From Gaiellales bacterium (lineage in GTDB: Bacteria > Actinomycetota > Thermoleophilia > Gaiellales > JAICJC01): a stretch of 64,000 nt of DNA. The DNA lies in NCBI GenBank assembly GCA_036273515.1, contig DASUHM010000049.1, positions 963 through 64,962 of the forward strand, written 5' to 3'. Every line of letters begins with the position of its first letter. Positions within the stretch are counted from its first letter, which is position 1. The notes under the pieces are model-generated. The model made no database searches and was not told the DNA's origin. It was given only the letters and a program-made list of their open reading frames with translations. Shown here piece by piece: positions 1 through 9,608 of this stretch. The translations under genes and the position numbers were made by a program.

Positions 1-721
1 CGCGTGCGTGTGGATCGGCGACGGGAGCGCCGTCCGCGTGCTTCCCGACGCCTGCGTCGACATCGTGTGGACGCGCGGTGAGCTCGTGGTCGCCGGGCCG
101 GCCACCGGCCCCGACCTCGCCCCCGAGACGCCCGGCCAGGGCCGCTGCGGGGTGCGCTTCCGCGTCGGCGCCGCCGGGGCGGCGCTCGGGCTGCCGGCGT
201 CGGAGCTGCTCGACGAGCTCGTGCCGCTGGCCGAGATCTGGGGCGCCGAAGGCCGGCTGCTGGAAGACCGGGTCGCGCTCGCCGAGCGCCCTCTCGAGGC
301 ATTGGTGGCGGGCGTCTACGACCGCATCGCGGGAGGCGGAGACGACCTCGTGCGCGAGGCGGTGTTCCGGCTGCGCCGGGGCGAGGACAGCGTCGAGCGG
401 CTCGCCCGCGCGACCGCGGTCAGCGAGCGCCAGCTCCGCCGCCGGTTCGACTGCGGCGTGGGGTACGGGCCGCGCACGCTGCGGCGGGTGCTGCGCTTCC
501 AGCGCTTCCTCGGCCTCGCCCGCGGCGGCGGCTCGCTGGCCCGCCTGGCCGCCGACGCCGGGTATGCCGACCAGGCCCACCTGGCCCGCGACTGCCGCCG
601 GCTGGCCGCTGCGACGCCCCTGGAGCTGCTCGCCGGCGGCGCCGGCCCCGCGGGCGAGCGGGCCAACATGGCCGAAACGTTCAAGCTCGGCCCCGGCGGC
701 GCTGTGACACTCGTCGGATGA
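1..721 (+). CDS. AraC-family transcriptional regulator, 5' end probably cut by window edge
   Basis: C-terminal AraC-type HTH (ERQLRRRFDCGVGYGPRTLRRVLRFQRFLGLA...YADQAHLARDCRRLAAATPLELL). The N-terminal VLPDACVDIVW block is typical of this regulator class. The frame is open back to base 2. Confidence 0.7.
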   Translation, partial: ACVWIGDGSAVRVLPDACVDIVWTRGELVVAGPATGPDLAPETPGQGRCGVRFRVGAAGAALGLPASELLDELVPLAEIWGAEGRLLEDRVALAERPLEALVAGVYDRIAGGGDDLVREAVFRLRRGEDSVERLARATAVSERQLRRRFDCGVGYGPRTLRRVLRFQRFLGLARGGGSLARLAADAGYADQAHLARDCRRLAAATPLELLAGGAGPAGERANMAETFKLGPGGAVTLVG

Positions 722-1593
722 CCGACACAGTCGCCGCGCGACGCTTCGTCACGCTCCATGCCCGCCTGATCGACCGCCGCCGCATGGACGGCGATCCGGC
801 CCTGATCCGCTCCGCCCTGGCCGCCTACCGCAACCCCGACGGCGGTTTTGGGTACCTCGAGCCCGACCTGCCCGACCCCGGCAGCCAGCCGATCACGGCG
901 CTGGCCGCCCTCGAGCTGCTGCACGAGATCGAGGCGGCGCCCGACGATCCGCTGATGGTCGGCCTGGCCGGCTGGCTCGAGATCGTCACCCGTCCCGACG
1001 GCGGCCTCGACTTCGTCCTCCCGTATGACGCCGACGCGATTCCGCACGCGCCGTGGATGCAGCCGCCCGCCGAGCGGACGTCGTCGCTGCACATGACCGC
1101 CGCGGTGACGGCCGCCGCCCACCGCGCCGGGATGGGCGCCGGCCCGGGCCGGACATGGCTCGACCGTGCCTCCGCGTTCGTCTGGAGGCGGCTCGACCAC
1201 CTCGACCCACGGCCCGGCTACGAGTGGAAGTACGTGATCGACTTCATCGACGCCGTCGCCGACCGCGAGCGGGCCGAGCCCGTGCTCGACACGGTCGGAA
1301 GGACGCTCGCCGGCCGCGACTCGATCCCGGTCACCGGCGGCACCGAGGGCGAGGTCATCACCGCACTCACGGCGGCGCCGCGGCCCGATCATGTCGGCCG
1401 GCGCCTGTTCGATCCCGCGGCGATCGAGCGCCAGCTGGACGAGCTCGAGCGCGGCCAGCAGGCTGACGGCGGCTGGACGTTCGACTGGCTCCACTGGGAT
1501 GACGCCGTCGCCTGGGCGTGGCGGGGCAAGCTCACGGTCGACGCCTTGTACACGCTGGCCGCGAACGGCCGGCTGGATCCAACGCCCGCCTGA
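718..1593 (+). CDS. Hypothetical protein with terpene-cyclase/prenyltransferase-like QW repeats
   Basis: Repeated DGGFGY / PDGGLDF / QQADGGWTF motifs resemble QW motifs of alpha/alpha-toroid proteins. ATGA overlap with the upstream regulator. Confidence 0.4.
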   Translation: MTDTVAARRFVTLHARLIDRRRMDGDPALIRSALAAYRNPDGGFGYLEPDLPDPGSQPITALAALELLHEIEAAPDDPLMVGLAGWLEIVTRPDGGLDFVLPYDADAIPHAPWMQPPAERTSSLHMTAAVTAAAHRAGMGAGPGRTWLDRASAFVWRRLDHLDPRPGYEWKYVIDFIDAVADRERAEPVLDTVGRTLAGRDSIPVTGGTEGEVITALTAAPRPDHVGRRLFDPAAIERQLDELERGQQADGGWTFDWLHWDDAVAWAWRGKLTVDALYTLAANGRLDPTPA

Positions 1594-1606
1594 TAGGTTC
1601 CTGTTC

Positions 1607-2134
1607 GTGGTCCCCGAGAGTGGGTACGAGAAGGCGGAGAACGGGATCCTCCCCAAGGGCGAGGGCTGGTTCGTCGTCAACGCCCGCGAGGCCGCCTGGC
1701 GCGACAGCGACTTCGGCGCCTACACGCGCTTCGAGGGCGACGTCCATTTCCCCCAGATCGGGATCAACGTCAGCGTCCTCGCCCCAGGCCAGCCGTCCTG
1801 CATGTATCACGGGGAGGACGAGCAGGAGGACTTCCTCATCCTGTCCGGCGAATGCCTGCTCCTGGTCGAGGGCCAGGAGCGGCTCCTTCGGGCGTGGGAC
1901 TTCGTCCACTGCCCGGCCTGGACGGAGCACGTGTTCGTCGGCGCCGGCGACGGCCCCTGCACGCTGCTCGCGATCGGCGGCCGCAGCGACGGCGACGTCA
2001 TCTACCCGGAGGCCGAGGTGGCCCGCCGCCACGGCGCCGGCGTCGAGAAGACGACGAAGGAGCCGAAGGAGGCCTACGCAGGCTTCGGGCACGACGTCCC
2101 CACCGGATTCCGCAAGGAGTGGCTGCCGGGCTAG
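1607..2134 (+). CDS. Cupin domain protein
   Basis: In-frame GTG at 1607 just after the upstream stop. Cupin-like core GEDEQEDFLILSGECLLLVEGQERLLRAWDFVHCPAWTEHVFVGAG. Confidence 0.65.
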   Translation: MVPESGYEKAENGILPKGEGWFVVNAREAAWRDSDFGAYTRFEGDVHFPQIGINVSVLAPGQPSCMYHGEDEQEDFLILSGECLLLVEGQERLLRAWDFVHCPAWTEHVFVGAGDGPCTLLAIGGRSDGDVIYPEAEVARRHGAGVEKTTKEPKEAYAGFGHDVPTGFRKEWLPG

Positions 2135-2167
2135 CCCGGCCGGGGCTCCCCGCTTCGCCGCGGTCAG

Positions 2168-2374
2168 CTAGCGCGGCTCGACCGGGAACGCGATCTTCAC
2201 GAGCGCGTTCCAGCGGGCGATCTGGCCGTCCTCGACGTCGCACGTGATCGAGACGATGTCGACGTGGGAGATGCCGCGGATCGAGCGGCCGGCCGAGCTC
2301 ACCGCCTCGCGCACCGCGGCGTCCGCGCCGTCGGCGGAGCTGCCGATGACCTCGATGACCTTCGTGACCGGCAT
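2168..2374 (-). CDS. Dodecin family flavin-binding protein
   Basis: 68 aa. MPVTKVIEVIGSSADGADAAVREAV...SIRGISHVDIVSI...ARWNALVKIAF matches the dodecin size and pattern. Confidence 0.75.
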   Translation of the reverse strand: MPVTKVIEVIGSSADGADAAVREAVSSAGRSIRGISHVDIVSITCDVEDGQIARWNALVKIAFPVEPR

Positions 2375-2379
2375 GCCGG

Positions 2380-2973
2380 TCAGGCCCGCGAGGAGGGATT
2401 CGGCTCCTCGTGGGGCTCGGTGGCGCGGAAGAGGTCGCGGACGCCGGACTGGCGCGGCCGCTCGACCGTGACCTGGAGCGGCTGGTCGAGGCGGGCGGCG
2501 ACGCCGGTGACCGACGAGTTCATGCGCGAGATCGAGCCCGAGACGTCGGCGACGTCCTGGCGCAGGGCCGCCATCCCGCTCGAGATCAGGTCGACGAGGA
2601 GCTCGAGATCCTCGATCCGGCCCAGCCGCTCGGCCAGGAGATCGCGGTTCACCTGCTCCATCTGGCCGGCCAGCGACCGAACGAGCTCGCGCAGCTCGGC
2701 CAGCCGCCGCGGCGTGGCCCGCTCGTCCATGGAGCGCTCGACGGCCCGCTCGACCGCCTCGGGCAGCGACTGCTCGAGGGCGGCGGCGGTCTGGCGCAGC
2801 TCGCCGACGTTGGCCTCGGCACGGGCCAGGATGGTGCGCAGATCCGGCATCGCGGCCGGCGTGTCGCCGGGGCCGCCCGAGGGCCGCTCGGCCCGCGCGC
2901 GGGCCCGCAGCTCCTGGATGCGCCGGTAGAGCTGAGCCTCGGCCTCGGCCATCGGGTTCTGCTCCTCTTCCAT
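2380..2973 (-). CDS. Hypothetical coiled-coil protein
   Basis: 197 aa rich in heptad-like A/E/L/R segments. No recognised domain. Good GC3 coding bias. Confidence 0.5.
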   Translation of the reverse strand: MEEEQNPMAEAEAQLYRRIQELRARARAERPSGGPGDTPAAMPDLRTILARAEANVGELRQTAAALEQSLPEAVERAVERSMDERATPRRLAELRELVRSLAGQMEQVNRDLLAERLGRIEDLELLVDLISSGMAALRQDVADVSGSISRMNSSVTGVAARLDQPLQVTVERPRQSGVRDLFRATEPHEEPNPSSRA

Positions 2974-3050
2974 CAGCCCGTCAGTCTATCGGCCGTCCGC
3001 CCTCACTGCTAGGCTCGAACGGCGTATTTCTCCGCCATCCAGGAGCCGAG

Positions 3051-3446
3051 ATGGACGACGATCAGCCCAGCTTCACGCGCATCATCGAGCCGGCGGCCGC
3101 CGGAACCGCGCCGCAGCCGGTCTCCGCGGGCGAGCATCCGACCCTGGTGTGGCGGCCGAAGCTCGGCGACGAGCAGGCCTTCCCGCTCGAGCACCGCACC
3201 GCGACGATCGGCCGAAACGCCGAGAACGACATCGTCCTCGCCGGCCCGACCGTGTCGGCGCGGCACGCGACGGTGCGGCGCGAGTCCGTCGGCGTCGTGC
3301 TCGAAGACGAGGGCAGCCTGAACGGCACGTTCGTGAACGGGCAGCTCGTGCAGCAGCACCTGCTGGAGGCGGGCGATCAGATCCAGGTCGGCCCGCACCT
3401 GCTGGTGTACGTCCCGCCGGCCGGTGGTTCCGCGGGCGCCGCGTAG
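3051..3446 (+). CDS. FHA domain-containing protein
   Basis: TIGRNAENDIVLAGPTVSARHATVRRE...GSLNGTFVNGQLV is a canonical FHA core. Confidence 0.85.
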   Translation: MDDDQPSFTRIIEPAAAGTAPQPVSAGEHPTLVWRPKLGDEQAFPLEHRTATIGRNAENDIVLAGPTVSARHATVRRESVGVVLEDEGSLNGTFVNGQLVQQHLLEAGDQIQVGPHLLVYVPPAGGSAGAA

Positions 3447-3483
3447 CTGCCGCCCGGGCCGCCGCGTGGCCCGGCGCTGCGGG

Positions 3484-3966
3484 TCAGCCGGTGAACTGCA
3501 GCGGCGCCCAGCTCGGCACCGGTGCCACGTCGACGACCGGGGTCTGGTCGGTCGGCATCCGGTACGCGAACCGGCCCTGCCCCTCGTCGAATGTGACGTC
3601 GAGCTGGCCGGTCTTGAGCCGGTGGTCGAGCCAGGCGCCCCGGAAGACGAGCTTGCGCAGCCAGTAGGCGAGCGAGTCGCCGTGCAGGCTGTCGAGCAGC
3701 CCGGCGTTGGCGGCCAGATGGCGGCCGAACCGGCTGCGGGGGTGGTCGACGCGGCCGACGCTGGCGAGCTCGACCAGGTCGGCGGTCTCGTTGTCGGAGA
3801 GGTCGCGGGCGGGGACGAGCTCGAGCCGGACGGCCGCAGCGGTCACGCGCTGCTCGAAATCGGTGTGGGAGAACCCGTAGCGGTAGTCGAGGAACTCGAC
3901 CACATAGTCGTCCCCGGACACGTACTCGAACTCGGAATGCTCTGTGGGCGGCTCGGTGTGCCCCAT
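3484..3966 (-). CDS. Hypothetical protein
   Basis: 160-aa ORF with non-shadow amino-acid composition. No recognised motif. Confidence 0.45.
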   Translation of the reverse strand: MGHTEPPTEHSEFEYVSGDDYVVEFLDYRYGFSHTDFEQRVTAAAVRLELVPARDLSDNETADLVELASVGRVDHPRSRFGRHLAANAGLLDSLHGDSLAYWLRKLVFRGAWLDHRLKTGQLDVTFDEGQGRFAYRMPTDQTPVVDVAPVPSWAPLQFTG

Positions 3967-3974
3967 ATGAGGAC

Positions 3975-4322
3975 ATGGTAGTGGCCCGGATCCGATTGGA
4001 ACGCGGGCCGGTGGTGTGCGAGCGCGGCGAGCTGGCCACGTCGCTCTGGAGCCGCACCAGGGGATTGCTGGGTCGATCGGGCCTGGCGGACGACGAGGGC
4101 CTGTGGATCCCGACCAGCTCGATCCACATGTTCGGGATGCGGTTCGCCATCGACGTGGTCTACGCCGACCGCGAGGGCCGAGTCCTCAAGCTGGTGCGCG
4201 CCATCAAACCGTGGCGGGCGTCCTACTGCATGGGCGCCAAGGTGGCGCTCGAGCTCCCCGTCGGCTCGATCGACCGCGCCGGTGTCGAGGTGGGCGACCA
4301 CCTCGTCATCGAGCACACGTAG
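3975..4322 (+). CDS. DUF192 domain protein
   Basis: GLLGRSGLADDEGLWIP..SIHMFGMRFAIDVVYADREGRVLKLV...ALELPVG fits the DUF192 pattern. Confidence 0.7.
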   Translation: MVVARIRLERGPVVCERGELATSLWSRTRGLLGRSGLADDEGLWIPTSSIHMFGMRFAIDVVYADREGRVLKLVRAIKPWRASYCMGAKVALELPVGSIDRAGVEVGDHLVIEHT

Positions 4323-4416
4323 GCCTTCCCCCGCGCGAATTCCGGCCTATCGGCAGGGGTGATGCCGAATTTACCCGATCAAGTGATTCGATTGTCTTGT
4401 CGACATAGTAATCTAG

Positions 4417-5484
4417 ATGTTCGGCAAGTACGCCCTAACGCTTGGCCTCGCCATCACCGCCGCAGCGGTCCTCGGCGGGTGGTTCGGCGGCGCCGCCTCC
4501 GCGGCGCCGGCTCCGCGCGTCGCCCACCCCGCCGTCTTCAACCGCACCTCGGCGAGCGAGGCGCCCCAGCTCGGGGCGGCGGTGAACGACGTGATGCTGG
4601 CCAACGCCGGCCCGCGCTACGTCCGTACGCTGCTCGCGCACTACCGCTCGATCACGCCCGAGTGGGAGATGGAGATGAGCCAGCTCGAGCCGTCCCGCGG
4701 CCGCTTCACGTTCGCGAGGGCCGACGGGATCGTCGCCTTCGCCAACCGCCACAACATGCCCGTCCGCGGCCACACGCTGGTCTGGGACGAGATGGTGCCG
4801 AGCTGGGTGCTGCACGGCGACTGGACGCGGGCGCAGCTCGAGAGCGTCCTCCACACCTACATCACCACGGTCGTCTCGCACTACCGCGGCAAGGTGGAGG
4901 AGTGGGACGTCGTGAACGAGCCGCTCACCACCGACGGCCACATGCGCCAGAGCATCTGGGAGCGCGTGATCGGCCCCGGCTACGTTGCGCTCGCGTTCAG
5001 GTGGGCGCACGCGGCCGACCCGAACGCGCGGCTCTTCCTGAACGAGTACGGCGCCGAGTGGAACGACCCCAAGGAGCACGCGCTCTTCCAGCTCGTGTCC
5101 GGCCTGAAGGCGGCGGGCGTCCCCATCGGCGGCGTCGGCTTCCAGGCCCACCTGCTCCTCGACGCGCATCCGCCCCAGGCCGAGCTGACCGGTGTCCTGC
5201 GCCAGTTCGCCGCGCTTCGGCTGCGGCTCGAGATCACCGAGCTCGACGTCCGCGCCGGCGGCTCGGCGCCGCTCGCCACGCGGATGGCCGAGGAGGCCGC
5301 GATCTACAGGACCGTCGCCGCCTCGTGCGCCGCCGTGCGCGCCTGCGCCCGGGTGACGACCTGGGGCATCACCGACGCCGCCACCTGGATCGGGACGGCC
5401 AACCGGCCGCTCCCGTTCGACGCGCACTACCAGCCGAAGCAGGCCTGGTACGCGCTGCGCGCCGGCCTCACTCCTCGCGGCTGA
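4417..5484 (+). CDS. Secreted glycoside hydrolase family 10 endo-1,4-beta-xylanase
   Basis: N-terminal signal peptide. GH10 acid/base motif WDVVNEP and nucleophile motif ITELDV. Confidence 0.85.
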   Translation: MFGKYALTLGLAITAAAVLGGWFGGAASAAPAPRVAHPAVFNRTSASEAPQLGAAVNDVMLANAGPRYVRTLLAHYRSITPEWEMEMSQLEPSRGRFTFARADGIVAFANRHNMPVRGHTLVWDEMVPSWVLHGDWTRAQLESVLHTYITTVVSHYRGKVEEWDVVNEPLTTDGHMRQSIWERVIGPGYVALAFRWAHAADPNARLFLNEYGAEWNDPKEHALFQLVSGLKAAGVPIGGVGFQAHLLLDAHPPQAELTGVLRQFAALRLRLEITELDVRAGGSAPLATRMAEEAAIYRTVAASCAAVRACARVTTWGITDAATWIGTANRPLPFDAHYQPKQAWYALRAGLTPRG

Positions 5485-6895
5485 CGACGTCGCGCACCAG
5501 CTCGTGGATGGCGTCCGTCTTCTCGGTGCGCTCCCACACCCGGCCGCCGTCGCGGAAGTACATCCACGTGCCGACGGCGATCGGCACCGACCACCACAGC
5601 CAGTACACCCACAGGAAGACCGGGTTCACGCGCAGCATGTAGTGCAGCCGGTCGCGGCGGTGCTCGAGGACGAGCGCCGTTCGCCGCCAGGTCGACGCGT
5701 AGGTGATCGACATGCTGATGCAGTAGAGGACGATCGTCGAGGCCGCGAGCAGGATCAGCCCGACCGGCAGCGGGCTCGTGCCCTCGTACCACACCCACAG
5801 CGCCCAGATGCCGATCGGCACGCCGAATGGGTTCACGGCCAGCGACAGGCAGGGCAGGAAGTTCGTCCACGCCCGGATGCGGTCGCGCCGGCGCATGCCC
5901 ATCAGCCGCAGGCACGAGCCGAGCGACTGGTAGAAGCCGCAGATCCAGCGCTTGCGCTGGGTGAGGCCGCGGTGCAGGGTGAGCGGCACCTCCTCGATCA
6001 GCGGGCTCGCGATCACGCCCAGGCGGCGGCCGTTCACCCACAGGCGCATGCCCACCTCGGGATCCTCGATCGTCACCCAGGGGTTGAAGCTGCCCATCGC
6101 GATCAGGTCGGGGGCGTGGTAGAAGAGCCCCTTGCCGAGCACCCAGTAGGGGTGGCGGCCGCGGGCGCTCAGGTGCGGGTAGCGCATCCCGTCCCAGCAC
6201 ATGTGGTCCATCGCGTGCCATGACGCGGGCCAGGTGTCGAGCAGGTTGCCGGCGACGTTCGTGCTCTGGATGACGTCGAAGTGCGGGGCGCCGGCCGCGC
6301 CGGCGAGCAGGTGGTCGTGCGGCGGCACGCTGTCGGCGTCGATGTAGTTCAGGAGCCAGTCGTCCTCGGTCTCTTCGGCGTCGAGCGTATAGAGCGCATA
6401 GACCAGCTGGCGGGTCTTCTTCGGCGGCAGGTCGCGGTCGCCGGCGGTGGCGCCGACGTGCCACCAGTACGCCTGCTGCGTCCGATCCCAGCTCTCCCAC
6501 ACCGGGTCCCACCCGGGGTCGGTGGTGGGGGGGACGACCAGGATCTCGAGCCACGCGAACTCGTCCTGCAGCTCCTCGAGCGCGGTGATCGTCGCGTGGT
6601 CGTCGTGGTTGGGGATGGCGACGATCCGGTAGCGGTCGCGCTCGTATTCGAGCTCGTCCAGGCCCACGAAGGTGGTGCGCATCGTCTCCGGCGGCTCGCG
6701 CAGCACCGGGTAGAGCAGCACGACCTTCGGGAGGGGGCCGGCCTCCCAGACGGCCTCCTCGTCGAGCTCCACCCAGTCGACCTTGCGGGACAGCATGTAG
6801 AGGTCGTGAACCAGCGTGATCAGGTAGAGAGCTTGAGTGACCACGAACACCACCGTCAGGACGACGGCGGTGATCGACACCGCCAGGATGGTCAC
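5468..6895 (-). CDS. Membrane-embedded family 2 glycosyltransferase (processive synthase type)
   Basis: N-terminal TM segment, GT2 core with DADS, QRKRW (QxxRW) motif, then several C-terminal TM helices. Confidence 0.8.
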   Translation of the reverse strand: MTILAVSITAVVLTVVFVVTQALYLITLVHDLYMLSRKVDWVELDEEAVWEAGPLPKVVLLYPVLREPPETMRTTFVGLDELEYERDRYRIVAIPNHDDHATITALEELQDEFAWLEILVVPPTTDPGWDPVWESWDRTQQAYWWHVGATAGDRDLPPKKTRQLVYALYTLDAEETEDDWLLNYIDADSVPPHDHLLAGAAGAPHFDVIQSTNVAGNLLDTWPASWHAMDHMCWDGMRYPHLSARGRHPYWVLGKGLFYHAPDLIAMGSFNPWVTIEDPEVGMRLWVNGRRLGVIASPLIEEVPLTLHRGLTQRKRWICGFYQSLGSCLRLMGMRRRDRIRAWTNFLPCLSLAVNPFGVPIGIWALWVWYEGTSPLPVGLILLAASTIVLYCISMSITYASTWRRTALVLEHRRDRLHYMLRVNPVFLWVYWLWWSVPIAVGTWMYFRDGGRVWERTEKTDAIHELVRDVVSREE

Positions 6896-6905
6896 GTAGG
6901 CAGCG

Positions 6906-8021
6906 TCACCGAGCGAGGCCGCGCTGCGCCAGCTCGGCGTGCGCGGCTTCGGACCGGTCGTCGGCCTCCTGCTTCCGTACCCATGCGACCAACTCTCTCA
7001 TGCCCTCGCCGAAGTCGACAGCTGCGTCGAACCCGAGCAGCTCCCGTGCCTTCGAGACGTCCGCCCAGCAGTGGCGGATGTCGCCGGAGCGCGAGGTCGC
7101 GCTGATCCGGGCCGGCAGCTCGACGCCGATGTGCTCGGCCAGCACCTCGGCCACCTCGAGCACCGACACCGGCCGGCCGGTGCCGATGTTGATCGCCTCG
7201 CCGACCGCCGCCTGCGAGGTGAGGGCGAGGACGGTGGCGCGGGCGACGTCGTGCACGTGAACGAAGTCGCGCAGCTGCAGGCCGTCCTCGAAAACGAGCG
7301 GCGGCTGGCTGTTGATGAGCCGCGAGCTGAAGATGGCGGCGACGCCGGTGTAGGGGTTCGAGAGCGCCTGCCGCGGCCCGTAGGTGTTGAAGTAGCGCAG
7401 CGCGACGACGCCGATGTCGTAGGCACGGCCGACGGCCAGGCACATGAGCTCCTGGTCGAGCTTGGAGATCGCGTAGATCGAGGCGGGCGCGATCGGGGTC
7501 GTCTCGCTCGTCGGCACCGGGATCGCGTGGGCGCCGCAGGTCGGGCAGCGCATCTCCCAGTCGCGCCGGCCGAGCTGGGCGTCGTCGCGCACGAGCGGAT
7601 GGACGATCCCGTGGTCCTCGCACCGGTAGGCGCCCTCGCCGTAGACCGACATCGACGAGGCGACGACGATCCGCCTGACTGTGTGGGGCTCGTTCGCGAG
7701 CAGCTCGAGCAGGACGCCCGTGCCGCTCGTGTTCCCGTCGACGTAGCGGGTGATCTGGTACATCGACTGGCCGACCCCGACCTCGGCGGCGTGGTGGACG
7801 ATCGCGTCGACGCCCTTCAGGGCCTTGCGGAGGGCCGCCGCGTCGCGCACGTCGGCGTGGATGAACTCGGCGTCCGTGGGGACGTGGCGGGGGCCATGGC
7901 CGTTGTGCACCTGCTCGACGAGGCGGTCGTACACGCGCACCTCGTGACCCTGATCGAGCAGGAGGTCGGCGACGTGCGACCCGATGAACCCGGCGCCGCC
8001 GGTGATGAGCACGCGTGCCAC
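6906..8021 (-). CDS. NAD-dependent nucleotide-sugar epimerase/dehydratase
   Basis: GTG at 8021 preceded by GGAG. N-terminal Rossmann motif LITGGAGFIGSH and a YxxxK-type core (YAISK). Carries a CPTCG zinc-ribbon-like insertion. The longer ORF-track version (to 8171) lacks an RBS. Confidence 0.8.
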   Translation of the reverse strand: MARVLITGGAGFIGSHVADLLLDQGHEVRVYDRLVEQVHNGHGPRHVPTDAEFIHADVRDAAALRKALKGVDAIVHHAAEVGVGQSMYQITRYVDGNTSGTGVLLELLANEPHTVRRIVVASSMSVYGEGAYRCEDHGIVHPLVRDDAQLGRRDWEMRCPTCGAHAIPVPTSETTPIAPASIYAISKLDQELMCLAVGRAYDIGVVALRYFNTYGPRQALSNPYTGVAAIFSSRLINSQPPLVFEDGLQLRDFVHVHDVARATVLALTSQAAVGEAINIGTGRPVSVLEVAEVLAEHIGVELPARISATSRSGDIRHCWADVSKARELLGFDAAVDFGEGMRELVAWVRKQEADDRSEAAHAELAQRGLAR

Positions 8022-8158
8022 AAATCTCCGTTCTGTCGAAGACCACGTGAAACCCGGCCCTGCGTCGTCACGCGACGGCCGATTGCCCTTTGCCGGAGTG
8101 ACCCACCGGACGACATCCCTGTCATGCCCATCCGGCACCGGAATGGTTACCTGCGCAA

Positions 8159-9094
8159 TTGGTTCTGTCAAGGAGAAGCGTTTCCCTCCTGGCCGCCTGC
8201 AAGAATCCGCCCGTGGAAACGGTCTCCGAGGCTGGCGCGGTCGAGGTGCTCCTGCGTCCCCGCGGGCCCTACTCGCTGGCCGACTCGGCCGGCCGCCCCG
8301 ATCCCACCCGCCGCTACCGCGGCGGCGTGCTCGACCTGGTGCTGGCCACGCCGGCCGGCCCGGCCCGGGCGCGGGTCTGGCAGCGGCCGGGCGGCGAGCT
8401 CGGCGCCCGGATCGCCGCGCCCGATACGGCCGCCGCCCACGACGCGCTCGCCTTCGTGCTCGCGCTCGACGTCGACCACTCGCCGTTCCTGCGCATGGCC
8501 GAGCGCGACCAACTGATCGGCGCCGTCGTGCGCCGCCGCCGCGGCGCCCGCCCGGCCCGGCTGGGCACGGTCGTCCACGCGCTCGTGCGGGCGGTGTGCG
8601 GCCAGCTGATCACCTCGCGCGAGGCGATGGAGATCGAGCGCCGCCTGATCTGGTCCACCTGCCCCCGCGAGGGCGACCTGCGCATCCCGCCGGGGCCGTC
8701 CGAAATCGGCCGCCTGAGCGCCGCATCGGCCGAGCGGGCCGGGCTCTCGCCGCGCCGGGCCGCGGCGCTCGTGCGGGTGGCCCGCACGCTCGACCTCGAG
8801 CGGCTGCGCGGCGTGCCCGCCCAGGCCGCGGTCGACCGCCTGTGTGCCGAGCCGGCGCTGGGGCCGTGGTCGGCCGGCGTGATCGCGCGAGACGGCCTCG
8901 GCTCCTACGCACACGGCCCGGTTGGCGACCTGGGCCTGATCAAGCTCTGCTCGGCGCTCCTCGGCCGTCGCGCGGACGTCGCCGACACGGCGGAGCTGCT
9001 CGGCCGCTACGGCGAGTGGGCCGGCCTGGCCGCCGCCCACCTGCTCCGCCACCCCCTGGCGCACGCCCGCTGGGCGGTCGCCCGGGCGGGCTGA
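8159..9094 (+). CDS. HhH-GPD DNA glycosylase (AlkA-like 3-methyladenine glycosylase II)
   Basis: Helix-hairpin-helix segment LGPWSAGVIARDGLG followed by the catalytic-Asp region PVGDLGL. The exact start is uncertain. Confidence 0.65.
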   Translation: MVLSRRSVSLLAACKNPPVETVSEAGAVEVLLRPRGPYSLADSAGRPDPTRRYRGGVLDLVLATPAGPARARVWQRPGGELGARIAAPDTAAAHDALAFVLALDVDHSPFLRMAERDQLIGAVVRRRRGARPARLGTVVHALVRAVCGQLITSREAMEIERRLIWSTCPREGDLRIPPGPSEIGRLSAASAERAGLSPRRAAALVRVARTLDLERLRGVPAQAAVDRLCAEPALGPWSAGVIARDGLGSYAHGPVGDLGLIKLCSALLGRRADVADTAELLGRYGEWAGLAAAHLLRHPLAHARWAVARAG

Positions 9095-9511
9095 TCAGTC
9101 CCAGACGGCGGGCTCTGCGCCGGCGGCGGCGAGCGCCTCGGCGCGGGTCAGGTAGTCCTGCATCTGCGTGATCATCCCGTCGCGCAGGGTGAAGACGATC
9201 GACGCCTGGCCGCGCATCGGCGAGTCGTCGTCGAGCGGCATGCCGACGGAGGGGGCGCGCACCGAGAGGACGACGTGGTCGCCTGCCGCGACCAGCTCGA
9301 TCGCGCCGACGTCGGGGAGCTCCTCCGAGCGGTTGCGGGCGTTCGCCAGCACCGACTCGCGGTCGGGGCAGATCATGTCGGGGCGCACGCCGCGGTGGCT
9401 GACCTCGGGCGCGAGCCGCGAGGCGAGGGCGTCCATGTCTCCCCGTCGCATCGCATCGAGCCAGTCGCTCCAGATGATCTCGATGTTCGAGGTGGGGCGG
9501 ATGGTCGCCAT
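9095..9511 (-). CDS. NTF2/SnoaL-like fold protein
   Basis: About 138 aa with the typical WSDWLDAMRRGDMDALASRLAPEV opening. Start taken at the internal ATG (MATIRP). Confidence 0.5.
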   Translation of the reverse strand: MATIRPTSNIEIIWSDWLDAMRRGDMDALASRLAPEVSHRGVRPDMICPDRESVLANARNRSEELPDVGAIELVAAGDHVVLSVRAPSVGMPLDDDSPMRGQASIVFTLRDGMITQMQDYLTRAEALAAAGAEPAVWD

Positions 9512-9608
9512 CCGGGTGCTCCTTTCGGCAGATCCTGCCACCGAAAGAGTAGGCGACGAGGGCGGCGGCGGGGAGGCGTGATCCCCACCGCCGCCGTCGC
9601 CGGGCCGG

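Noticed and set aside
316-1680. Long antisense or alternate-frame ORFs throughout the track. Examples: 316-1680(-), 5427-6554(-), 10675-12450(-), 16724-19036(-), 31049-32851(-), 57826-60066(-), 58857-62384(+).
   Set aside because: Their translations are dominated by Arg/Pro/Ala/Gly runs typical of off-frame reading in about 70% GC DNA. Each overlaps a frame with clear family motifs.
4404-4419. Possible leaderless start for the xylanase gene. The AT-rich TAATCT sits 2 nt before the ATG and there is no Shine-Dalgarno sequence.
   Set aside because: The spacing from the -10-like hexamer to the ATG does not fit a leaderless transcript. It cannot be resolved without transcription start data.
8022-8171. 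50-aa N-terminal extension of the epimerase.
   Set aside because: The Rossmann GxxGxxG motif normally sits within about 10 residues of the start. GTG 8021 has a GGAG RBS, and the extension has no RBS or recognisable sequence.
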